Source of the DNA: Bacteroidales bacterium UBA4070 | GTDB taxonomy: Bacteria > Bacteroidota > Bacteroidia > Bacteroidales > VadinHA17 | Direction: 5' to 3' | DNA: 64,000 nt | Assembly: GCA_002383485.1 (NCBI GenBank) | Contig: DFYY01000013.1 | Span: 40,270 to 104,269 of the forward strand | In this document: positions 19,481 through 28,495 of the stretch, in pieces | Position numbering within the stretch: the stretch's first letter is position 1 | Layout: every line of letters begins with the position of its first letter | Program-made: the position numbers and the translations under genes | The notes under the pieces: model-generated | The model's input: only the letters and a program-made list of their open reading frames with translations | The model's database searches: none | What the model was told of the DNA's origin: nothing

Positions 19481-21139
19481 ATGAAACTAAAGTATTTTCT
19501 GGTATTGTCACTTACTATTGCTACTCTGTCGCTGGTAGGGTGCAAAAAGGATAATACTGACCCTGATGATGATAATGATACAATTAATACATTCACCATC
19601 CCGACATATGCTGACGACTATTCATCGATATCATCATGGACAAGCCGAAACGAGTGGAACCTGGCCAACGTTCATGACCCCTCGGTTGCCTTTTACAAGG
19701 GATATTACTACATGTACGGTACCGATGCCTCGTATGGTAATGCTGCAGAAGGGCATGGTCATTTTCAGGGCAAGCGTTCAAGCGATCTGGTGAACTGGGA
19801 TTGGGTAGGCGGACCTTTTTATGAAGCACCTTCCTGGGTGGCCGACTCGCTCAATGCCATTCGTTCGCGCATGGGTCTCGCTTCCATTTCCGAGGACAAC
19901 ATAAGATATCTGTACTGGGCGCCAACAGTACGCCGGGTTAATGTCGGAGGACAGGAGACCTTGCGTATGTACTATTGCATAGTCATTGATAACTACATCA
20001 AAACCGGTAATCCCTCTACAGCCAGCTTCGACGGCAGCTGGACCGAACGCGCCTTTATCGGCATGTGCGAATCGACCGATCCCGCCGGAGCTGTATGGAC
20101 CGACAGGGGTTTCGTTACCGGTTCATCGTCAGATCGCGGCCTGGACTACACTCGCACAAGTACAAATGACTGGAGCGCCTATTTCTACTACAACGCTATC
20201 GACCCTACCTACATCGTAACACCCGAGGGGAAGCACTACCTCATACATGGCTCGTGGCACAGCGGCTTCGCACTGTTGCAGCTCAATGCAACAACAGGCA
20301 AGCCTCTCAATACACTCGGCAATCCCTGGGCAAGCAGTGCAGGTGAGTTAACCGCCCGGTATGGCGTGAGAATCGGCACACGTACGGCATCCTCGCGCTG
20401 GCAGGCCAGCGAGGCTCCCGAAATAATATTCAGGGATGGTTACTATTATCTGTTCATGGCCTACGATGCCCTCGACATACCATACAACACACGTGTGGTC
20501 AGAAGTACAACCATTGAAGGTCCGTACCTCGATATCACCGGTCGGAACTTTACCAGCGGAAGCGGTGACTGTTACCCTATCGTTACCCACCCTTACAAAT
20601 TCAATCTTAGCTATGGATGGGTAGGCATATCACACTGCTGCATCTTCCAGAAGGAAAATACCGGCGAGTGGTTCTATATGTCGCAGGGACGATTACCTCC
20701 AAACGTTGGAGGCAATCCCTATTCCAATGCCATTATGATGGGGCATGTACGCCGCATTGTCTGGTGTCCGGCTTCTCCGGGTGAACCAGATAACCTGTGG
20801 CCAATAGCATTGCCCGAACGTTACGCAGCCGTACCTGATTACGGCGCCATAACCAAAGACTCGCTGGCAGGAACATGGGAGCATATAAACCTTAAATATG
20901 ACTACAGGGTACAGGATGGCGCTTCCGCACTGACCCTCAAAGCCGACGGTACCATGTCAGGAGCCCTGACAGGCACCTGGAGTTACAATGCGGCAAAAAA
21001 GCAACTCACACTGGGCAATGTTGTTGTTTGCGTTGAACGCGAAGTAGACTGGGAGGCGAATCCGCGACGCGTGACCTTTGTTTATGCCGGAACGGGGAAA
21101 AATCTGAATGGCACATATTGGGGCAAAAAGAAAAAATAA
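19481..21139 (+). CDS. GH43 endo-alpha-1,5-L-arabinanase-like surface lipoprotein with C-terminal accessory domain
   Basis: Likely start MKLKYF at 19481; lipobox LVGC-KKDNTDPDDD; catalytic motifs NVHDPS, NAIDP, ASEAP; C-terminal domain LAGTWEHI...GTWSY. Confidence 0.88.
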   Translation: MKLKYFLVLSLTIATLSLVGCKKDNTDPDDDNDTINTFTIPTYADDYSSISSWTSRNEWNLANVHDPSVAFYKGYYYMYGTDASYGNAAEGHGHFQGKRSSDLVNWDWVGGPFYEAPSWVADSLNAIRSRMGLASISEDNIRYLYWAPTVRRVNVGGQETLRMYYCIVIDNYIKTGNPSTASFDGSWTERAFIGMCESTDPAGAVWTDRGFVTGSSSDRGLDYTRTSTNDWSAYFYYNAIDPTYIVTPEGKHYLIHGSWHSGFALLQLNATTGKPLNTLGNPWASSAGELTARYGVRIGTRTASSRWQASEAPEIIFRDGYYYLFMAYDALDIPYNTRVVRSTTIEGPYLDITGRNFTSGSGDCYPIVTHPYKFNLSYGWVGISHCCIFQKENTGEWFYMSQGRLPPNVGGNPYSNAIMMGHVRRIVWCPASPGEPDNLWPIALPERYAAVPDYGAITKDSLAGTWEHINLKYDYRVQDGASALTLKADGTMSGALTGTWSYNAAKKQLTLGNVVVCVEREVDWEANPRRVTFVYAGTGKNLNGTYWGKKKK

Positions 21140-21206
21140 TATTGATATATGGAATCCGCCTCTGATTATCCTGAGGTCAGGCTTTGACAGCGGCTCATTG
21201 TAAAAA

Positions 21207-21225
21207 AAGTGTAACTTTTTAACTG
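21207..21225. promoter_or_regulatory. Weak candidate AraR operator upstream of first GH51
   Basis: AAGTGTA-ACTTT-TTAACTG: perfect left half, degenerate right half (11/14). Confidence 0.35.
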
Positions 21226-21264
21226 AATTAGAATAATTATAAAACTAAAAACAGGAAACAGGTT

Positions 21265-22827
21265 ATGAGACATTCCAGCATCATGACGACGGGAATACTG
21301 ATCCTGTCTGCGTTGGCTTTTTCTGCCTCTGCTCAGTCAGGAGGAAAAACCAGCCAGGCTAATATTATCATAAACACAGACATTGGAACACAAACTATCA
21401 GTCGCCATATCTACGGCCATTTCTCGGAGCACCTGGGCCATTGTATCTACGGTGGCTACTGGGTTGGTGAGAATGCTGCCATCCCTAATACAAGGGGTAT
21501 CAGGAATGATGTGGTTGAGGCCCTGAGGAAGACACAGATACCCAACCTGCGCTGGCCCGGCGGCTGCTTCGCCGATGAGTATCACTGGATGGACGGTATA
21601 GGGCCGCGTGAGCAGAGGCCGAAAATGGTCAACACTCACTGGGGCGGCGTGACTGAAGACAACAGCTTCGGAACACATGAGTTCCTCGACCTGTGCGAGC
21701 AGCTCGGCGCCGAACCGGTCATTTGCGGCAATGTTGGCAGCGGATCGGTTGAGGAGATGTCAAAATGGGTGGAATACATAAATTTTGACGGCGTGAGCCC
21801 CATGGCTGACCTGAGACGCACTAACGGCCGCGATAAACCCTGGAATGTTAAATATTGGGGTGTGGGAAATGAGAACTGGGGTTGCGGCGGACATATGACA
21901 GCTGACTTCTATGCCGACCAGTACAGGCGGTATGCAACCTATGCACGGAATTATGGAGCTAACCGTCTTATGAAAATTGCAGGAGGGGCGAACACAACAG
22001 ACTACAACTGGACTGAGACCCTGATGCGCGATGTGCCTCATTTTCTGATGTGGGGAATCTCGCTCCACTACTATACCACCTACTGGGAGAAAAAGGGTTC
22101 GGCCACTAAATTCGGAGAGAAGGAATACTTTGAAACACTTGAAAGGTGCCTGAACATTGAAACAGCCCTGGACCGCCATATCACCATCATGGACAAGTAT
22201 GATCCCGCAAAACGGATCGCTCTAGTTGTTGATGAGTGGGGCACCTGGTGGGATGTGGAACCAGGCACCAACCCCGGATTTCTCTTCCAGCAGAACACTC
22301 TTCGTGATGCTATGGTGGCCGGGCTTTCACTAAACTATTTCAATGAGCGTTGCGACAGGATCAGGATGGCCAACATTGCACAGACGGTCAATGTATTGCA
22401 GTCGCTCATATTTACTGATGGTGAGAAGATGCTGCTCACGCCCACCTACCACGTTTTTGAGATGTATAAGGTGCATCAGGATGCCACCCTGCTACCTCTT
22501 ACTGTCAACTGCGGCACATATGCCATGGATGGCAGGGAGCTGGCTTCAATCAGCGCCTCAGCCTCAAAAGATGCTGATGGTGCAGTTCATATCTCGGTGG
22601 TTAATATAGAACCATCTGAGAATATAAAACTGCTAATTGACCTGCGCGGCGGAGAATATTCAGAAGTATCTGCAAGAATACTGACAGCACCTGAACTCAA
22701 CACCCACAATACATTTGAAAAGCCGGAAGAGATAAAACCCGAAGTGTTCAGGGAGGTGAAGATCAAGAAAAATATTCTGAGCCTTGACATGCCGGCGAAG
22801 TCAATCATCATCCTTGAAGCAAAATAG
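21265..22827 (+). CDS. GH51 alpha-L-arabinofuranosidase
   Basis: [54 protein letters not shown]; signal peptide ends ASA-Q. Confidence 0.95.
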   Translation: MRHSSIMTTGILILSALAFSASAQSGGKTSQANIIINTDIGTQTISRHIYGHFSEHLGHCIYGGYWVGENAAIPNTRGIRNDVVEALRKTQIPNLRWPGGCFADEYHWMDGIGPREQRPKMVNTHWGGVTEDNSFGTHEFLDLCEQLGAEPVICGNVGSGSVEEMSKWVEYINFDGVSPMADLRRTNGRDKPWNVKYWGVGNENWGCGGHMTADFYADQYRRYATYARNYGANRLMKIAGGANTTDYNWTETLMRDVPHFLMWGISLHYYTTYWEKKGSATKFGEKEYFETLERCLNIETALDRHITIMDKYDPAKRIALVVDEWGTWWDVEPGTNPGFLFQQNTLRDAMVAGLSLNYFNERCDRIRMANIAQTVNVLQSLIFTDGEKMLLTPTYHVFEMYKVHQDATLLPLTVNCGTYAMDGRELASISASASKDADGAVHISVVNIEPSENIKLLIDLRGGEYSEVSARILTAPELNTHNTFEKPEEIKPEVFREVKIKKNILSLDMPAKSIIILEAK

Positions 22828-22939
22828 TGTCCTGTGCGATGGTGCAAACATCATAATTGCATGCATGACCATTCAATGATCAGGCATGTCTTAAAGCGTA
22901 AAGAACGTCTCGGTGAAAAGCAGATAGATTTGTAAGGGA

Positions 22940-23941
22940 ATGAAAGCAATAAAAATATTTCTGGGAATTCTGATTTTGCTATTGTCAGTGCCCTCCGCCG
23001 GTCAGTCGGGTAACATATCCGTTCATGATCCTGTTATGATTAAAGAGGGAGGTACATTTTACCTCTTCTGCACCGGGATGGGCATTACGGTGTTCTCATC
23101 AACAGACATGAAAAACTGGAAACCTGAAAAGCCGGTGTTTGACAAGGCTCCCGAATGGGCGGTCAAGGCTGTTCCCGGATACAGGGGGCACACCTGGGCA
23201 CCTGACATCTCCTTTCATGGTGGCACCTACTACCTCTATTACTCGGTCTCTGCCTTTGGCAAGAACACCTCCTGCATAGGTGTAGCCACGAACACTACCC
23301 TTAACCTTGCTGACCCGGCATTCATGTGGGTGGACCACGGCATGGTAGTGCAGTCGGTGCCCGGACGTGACATGTGGAATGCAATTGATCCAAATGTGAT
23401 ACAAGACGATGAAGGAACTCCGTGGCTTGTATTCGGCTCTTTCTGGGACGGGATGAAGCTGACGAGGCTTGATAAGAGTCTTACGAAACTCTCTGATCCG
23501 CAGGAGTGGCATACAGTGGCGGCCCGCCCCCGTGATTACTATACTGAAGAGACCAGTGCCGGAGAGGGCGCAATAGAGGCGCCGTTCATCTTCCGTAAGG
23601 GCGGATTCTACTGGCTGTTTGTCTCATTTGATTTCTGCTGCCGTGGCCTCGAAAGCAACTATAAGATCATGGTCGGCCGGTCGGAAAATATCACCGGCCC
23701 CTATCTCGACAGGAACGGTCACCCGATGAAACACGGCGGCGGCACCCCCTTGCTGACCGGAAACAAGGCCTGGCCGGGAGTTGGGCATAACTCCGTATAT
23801 ACCTTTGACGACCAGGACTATATCATATATCATGGCTATGATGCTTCTGACCACGGCAGACCAAAGCTGCTGATCGACAGACTGAGCTGGGATGATGAGG
23901 GATGGCCGGTTGTAATAAACAGCGTCATCGAAGAAAATTGA
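22940..23941 (+). CDS. GH43 arabinanase (single catalytic domain)
   Basis: VHDPVM, WAPDI, YYSVSAFGKNTSCIG, NAIDP, FGSFWDG, IEAPFI, GVGHN motifs. Confidence 0.93.
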   Translation: MKAIKIFLGILILLLSVPSAGQSGNISVHDPVMIKEGGTFYLFCTGMGITVFSSTDMKNWKPEKPVFDKAPEWAVKAVPGYRGHTWAPDISFHGGTYYLYYSVSAFGKNTSCIGVATNTTLNLADPAFMWVDHGMVVQSVPGRDMWNAIDPNVIQDDEGTPWLVFGSFWDGMKLTRLDKSLTKLSDPQEWHTVAARPRDYYTEETSAGEGAIEAPFIFRKGGFYWLFVSFDFCCRGLESNYKIMVGRSENITGPYLDRNGHPMKHGGGTPLLTGNKAWPGVGHNSVYTFDDQDYIIYHGYDASDHGRPKLLIDRLSWDDEGWPVVINSVIEEN

Positions 23942-23981
23942 GAATACGGGAAATTCATAGCAATACTTAAACTGGAATGAT

Positions 23982-25574
23982 ATGAAACGCAATTCTGTAA
24001 AAATCGGATTAATCTTTCTCCTTCTGATCAGTTACCCGCTTATGCTGAGTTCGCAGAATGCAAGGATAAAGATTGACATAGACCGCACAATAGGCGAGGT
24101 TGATAAAAACCTGTACAGCAATTTTGTAGAGCATCTGGGTCGTTGCGTCTACGGAGGTATATGGGAACCTGGATCACCGCTCTCGGATGAAGATGGCTTC
24201 CGCACGGATGTCCTGGAGGCGGTGAAGGGACTCAATGTTTCACTGGTAAGGTACCCGGGGGGCAATTTCGTCTCAAATTACCACTGGTTTGACGGGGTAG
24301 GCCCTGTGAGAAATCCGAGGATGGAACTGGCGTGGGCACGACTGGAGCCAAACACCTTCGGAACGAATGAGTTCATGAAGTTCTGCAGTAAAGCCGGAGT
24401 TGAACCCTACTTTTCAGTCAATATGGGCACGGGAACTATTGAAGAGGCACAGCAGTGGGTAGAATACTGCAATGTAAAGGAGGGACCGTTCTATGCCGAA
24501 CTGAGGAAGAAGCACGGGTTCCCGGAGCCATATAAAATAAAATACTGGAGCCTGGGTAACGAGATGGACGGATTCTGGCAGATGGGGCATCTCAATGCTG
24601 AGGATTACAGCAAAAAGGCCCGCGAGGCAGCCAAGCTGATGCGTCTCACCGATCCGTCAATAAAGCTTGTTGCGGCAGGCTCGTCCAACTACAGGCCTGA
24701 TGCCGATCCTGACGAATGGAATGCGAAGATCCTCCGGGAACTGAGGGATGTGACTGATTATATTGCACTGCATATCTATGTTGGCAATCCTGACAATAAC
24801 TATTATAATTTCCTATCTACACCGCTCGTCTGCGAGCAGCGGACTCAACTGGTCAAGGGGATGATCATGGAGGAGATGTCAAAAGCCCAACGCGGCAACA
24901 GGGATCCCATTTATATTGCCTGGGATGAATACAACGTGTGGTACCGTGCCCGTACTGATGAGCATATGCAGGGTACCAGGGCACTGGAAGAACCTTACAA
25001 CCTGGAGGATGCTCTGGTAATCGCAGGGTTTCTCAACGTTTTCGTCCGCAATGCCGATATCATTAAGATGGCCAATATGGCCCAGCTCGTGAATGTAATA
25101 GCCCCGATATGGGCAGAAGAAAAGGGGATATTCAGGCAGACAATCTATTATCCCTTGTCGCTCTTCGCCAATTATGTAAAGGGGACCTCGCTGGACCTGC
25201 ATGTCGACTGCGACACGTATGATACGGAGGAATTCTTCATAGGCCTCGGGGAGAGCACCACGAAACAGACAGATGTTCCATACCTCGATGTTTCGGCAAC
25301 ATATAACAATGGCGAAGTGGTCCTGTGTGTGGTCAACAGGCACAAGGACAAACATATAACCACTGACATACTGAGCCAGGAGGGCGAATTTTCCGGCAAT
25401 TTCAAGGTATTTGAGGTTAACGGTCCTGATATAAAATCGTTGAATAATTTTGACGGAGAGCAGGTTAAGACTGTAGTTAAGCCTGAAGTCAAGAGCAAGG
25501 GAAGCAAGATCACTTATTCATTTCCTGCTCATTCTTTCACAATGCTTATAGGGAAAATTGAAAATCCCAGATAA
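23982..25574 (+). CDS. GH51 alpha-L-arabinofuranosidase (second, AbfA-like)
   Basis: NFVEHLGRCVYGGI, RYPGGNFVSNYHW, WSLGNEMDG, AWDEYNVW, MANMAQLVNVI motifs. Confidence 0.95.
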   Translation: MKRNSVKIGLIFLLLISYPLMLSSQNARIKIDIDRTIGEVDKNLYSNFVEHLGRCVYGGIWEPGSPLSDEDGFRTDVLEAVKGLNVSLVRYPGGNFVSNYHWFDGVGPVRNPRMELAWARLEPNTFGTNEFMKFCSKAGVEPYFSVNMGTGTIEEAQQWVEYCNVKEGPFYAELRKKHGFPEPYKIKYWSLGNEMDGFWQMGHLNAEDYSKKAREAAKLMRLTDPSIKLVAAGSSNYRPDADPDEWNAKILRELRDVTDYIALHIYVGNPDNNYYNFLSTPLVCEQRTQLVKGMIMEEMSKAQRGNRDPIYIAWDEYNVWYRARTDEHMQGTRALEEPYNLEDALVIAGFLNVFVRNADIIKMANMAQLVNVIAPIWAEEKGIFRQTIYYPLSLFANYVKGTSLDLHVDCDTYDTEEFFIGLGESTTKQTDVPYLDVSATYNNGEVVLCVVNRHKDKHITTDILSQEGEFSGNFKVFEVNGPDIKSLNNFDGEQVKTVVKPEVKSKGSKITYSFPAHSFTMLIGKIENPR

Positions 25575-25602
25575 AATCCACTATTTTCGAAAAAAATCTG
25601 AT

Positions 25603-26733
25603 ATGCGAAAACAAAATCTTTTCATTGGCGCAATGCTGTTGCTCATTATGTTCGGCATTGGCTCATGCGGAAACAACAAGGCAAAAGAGATGGTAACTAC
25701 TGAAAATTTCGGTTCATTTGAAGGAAAGGATGTATCCCTGTACACCCTGAAAAACAAGCAGGGTGATATTATTAAACTTACCAACTATGGGGCAGCCATT
25801 GTGGAGGTCAATGTGCCTGACCGCGACGGCAACAAGGCCAATGTGACATTTGGCTATGACAATCTCGAAGGTTATCTTAAGGGTGATCCCTATTTTGGCA
25901 AAGTTGTAGGCCAGTATGCAAATCGCATTGCCCGCGGCAAGTTCACGCTTGACAGTGTTGAGTATACACTCGCCATCAATAATGCCCCCAATGCTCTTCA
26001 CGGAGGCCCGACAGGCTGGCACAGCAGGGTATGGACCGCTGAGGTTCTCAAAGGCACCGATTTCCCCGCGGTGAAGTTCACATACAACAAGCCTGACATG
26101 GAAGAGGGCTTCCCGGGCAATGTTGTTGCCGAGGTTGTCTATACCTGGACCGATTCCAACGAGATAATAATGGATTACAAGGTCACCACTGACCGCAGGA
26201 CTGTAATAAACATCACCAACCACGCATACTTCAACCTGCATGGAGCAGGTGTGGGTGACATCCTTGACCATGAGGCTGTTATCAGGGCATCAGCATTCAC
26301 CCCTGTTGATTCGACGCTCATCCCCACCGGGGAACTCAGGCCGGTTGAAGGTACTCCTTTTGATTTCCGTACCCCGCACCTGATTGGTGAGAGGATTGGC
26401 GAAACATATGATCAGCTTATTCTTGGCGGTGGTTATGACCACAACTACGTGCTCGATAACCTCGAGGAGGTTGATGCCGAGGTGTATGATCCTTCTACAG
26501 GACGGGTTATCCAGGTTATCACAGACCAGCCGGGCGTACAGCTCTATACCGGAAACTTCCTTGACGGTACACAGACCGGCCGCGGAGGCAAGGTCTACCA
26601 GTACCGTTCGGGCTTCTGCCTCGAGACGCAACACTATCCTGACAGTCCCAACCAGGCATCCTTCCCGACAGTTGTGCTGACCCCGGAGGAACCGTTCCTC
26701 TCCAGCACTACTTTCAGGTTCAGTGTAAGGTAG
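25603..26733 (+). CDS. galM: Aldose 1-epimerase (mutarotase) with lipoprotein signal
   Basis: Likely start MRKQNLF at 25603; lipobox IGSC; VGQYANRI, LHGG, NITNHAYFNL, GYDHNY, GFCLETQHYPD motifs. Confidence 0.9.
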   Translation: MRKQNLFIGAMLLLIMFGIGSCGNNKAKEMVTTENFGSFEGKDVSLYTLKNKQGDIIKLTNYGAAIVEVNVPDRDGNKANVTFGYDNLEGYLKGDPYFGKVVGQYANRIARGKFTLDSVEYTLAINNAPNALHGGPTGWHSRVWTAEVLKGTDFPAVKFTYNKPDMEEGFPGNVVAEVVYTWTDSNEIIMDYKVTTDRRTVINITNHAYFNLHGAGVGDILDHEAVIRASAFTPVDSTLIPTGELRPVEGTPFDFRTPHLIGERIGETYDQLILGGGYDHNYVLDNLEEVDAEVYDPSTGRVIQVITDQPGVQLYTGNFLDGTQTGRGGKVYQYRSGFCLETQHYPDSPNQASFPTVVLTPEEPFLSSTTFRFSVR

Positions 26734-26750
26734 TTACTTCCGGCACACTG

Positions 26751-27077
26751 CTACAATTCCTGATGCTCTCCGAGCATCGTAACGTAGTGTATTCCTTGTT
26801 CTACAATTCTTCACGCTCTACGAGCTTTGAATTCGCATAGGGGATGGAGAATTGTAGAACAAAGGAATTAATGATTATATCCCTCGTAGAGGGCAAGGAA
26901 TTGCAGGACAGCGGAATAGGATGGATCCTGGCCCTCGTAGAGGGCAAAGAACAGTGGAGCAGAGTGAATAAAGACCCTCGTAGAACCTGTCCCGATTGCC
27001 GTTAGGCTGTCGGGAGGGTCAGGAATTGTATAGTCATGCAGCCCCGGAACCCGAGGGGGTGGGTGGGGTGCAATTCT
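26751..27077. repeat. Intergenic cluster of hairpins and degenerate repeats between convergent genes
   Basis: IR 26792-26810/26848-26867; CCCTCGTAGA at 26881, 26932, 26975; GAATTG(T/C)A six times in both orientations. Confidence 0.7.
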
Positions 27078-27131
27078 TATGGCCCTACAGGCAATATCCA
27101 ACAGATGCAGATCTATGCCCTACTTACACCA

Positions 27132-28478
27132 CTATGTCCTGATCTTGATACTGCGGAACCAGACCTCATTGCCGTGATCCTGCAGGAGGATGTGGCCCTG
27201 TTCAGCCTCACCAAAGCCGGCGAAATCCTTATACTTGCTCTCCTTGACAAGCTGCCGGTAGGCCTCACTGCCACGCTCATATTCAAGCACCTTGAACCCG
27301 TTGAGCCAGTGCTCAACATGTCCGTTGACTGAAACAATATGTGCTGTATTCCACTGTCCCACACCGTTAAACCTCTTGTTGGCGGCAGGAATGAGATCAT
27401 AGAGAGAGGCAACAGTCCTGTTGCCGTCACGGCCCATCTTTGCATCAGGATGGCGCTGGTCATCGAGGATCTGATACTCGAGGCCTATTGCAGAGCCCGT
27501 GGTAGCATAGTTTTCAGTGACGAAATATTTGACCCCGCTGTTGGCTCCTTCAGTAATCATGAACTCGAAAAACAGGTCGAAGTTCCCGTATTGGTCAACG
27601 GTGACAATATCTCCGCCACCCCTGGACTCAGCACCTCCCGAAGCAAGCACCTTAAGGCACCCGTTTTCAATTACCCAACCTGCCTCAGGGAAAGCATCTT
27701 TGTGAGCGCCTCGCCATCCGGTTGAGGTGGTTCCGTCGAACAGCAGCTTCCAGCCGTCGCTCACCTCTCTGTCAGTCAGGGTGTTCGGGATAAAGTTTGC
27801 CTGGTAGATTACGGCAGTGTCTGCATTCCTGTATTTATCGAGATTCTCTGTAACTATCCTGATATTCTTCCACATCACCCGTGTACCCGCCAGCTCATCG
27901 CTTACGGCATGTACCTGAAAACCGATAAAGCCTGAAGCATCGGCATCGTCAACCAGATCGGCAACAGGGATTCCGTTGATCCAGGTCCGTATCCGGTTCC
28001 CGATTGCCTCTACATGATAACTGTTCCAGCCTTGTCTGTTGAATGACTTCACGGCAGCCTGGTTATTTGGGGTAACAGGGTAGAGCCATCCTCTCCTTGC
28101 CTCGTCATAAATACCGCCGCTCCAGCCTCTGTCGGTCGGGTCTATCTCGATCTGGTACCCGTAGACAAGCACCCTGCCGTCATTTTCAGTGCTGTGGCTC
28201 CTGATCTGGACCCCTGAGTTCAGCAGGGTATCAACCTTCACATCAAACTCAAGTATAAAGTCAGAATACTCTTCAGTGGTGCACATGAAACTGTTTGGAG
28301 TGCCGGGGGTTGATATACCCACCATCACACCATCCTCGACAAGATATTTTGCCTGTCCGCCAAGCTGAATGAACCCGGTGAAGTCTTTGCCGTTGAAAAG
28401 CTCCTGCCAGTCGGTTTTCGTGCATCCGGTAAATGTCAGCAAGACTGAGAGTAACAGAAGAGTTGATTTCGATTTCAT
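27132..28478 (-). CDS. Tandem DUF1080 (3-keto-glycoside hydrolase/lyase) lipoprotein
   Basis: Lipobox FTGC; two domains each with W..LF(N/D)G, NSGV, YQI and G.I..Q.H motifs. Confidence 0.88.
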   Translation of the reverse strand: MKSKSTLLLLSVLLTFTGCTKTDWQELFNGKDFTGFIQLGGQAKYLVEDGVMVGISTPGTPNSFMCTTEEYSDFILEFDVKVDTLLNSGVQIRSHSTENDGRVLVYGYQIEIDPTDRGWSGGIYDEARRGWLYPVTPNNQAAVKSFNRQGWNSYHVEAIGNRIRTWINGIPVADLVDDADASGFIGFQVHAVSDELAGTRVMWKNIRIVTENLDKYRNADTAVIYQANFIPNTLTDREVSDGWKLLFDGTTSTGWRGAHKDAFPEAGWVIENGCLKVLASGGAESRGGGDIVTVDQYGNFDLFFEFMITEGANSGVKYFVTENYATTGSAIGLEYQILDDQRHPDAKMGRDGNRTVASLYDLIPAANKRFNGVGQWNTAHIVSVNGHVEHWLNGFKVLEYERGSEAYRQLVKESKYKDFAGFGEAEQGHILLQDHGNEVWFRSIKIRT

Positions 28479-28495
28479 AGTTATATGCTGTTAGA

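Noticed and set aside
26881-26990. CRISPR array (three CCCTCGTAGA repeats)
   Set aside because: Repeats are only 10-16 nt, spacing is irregular (51, 43), the spacers resemble each other, and there are no cas genes.
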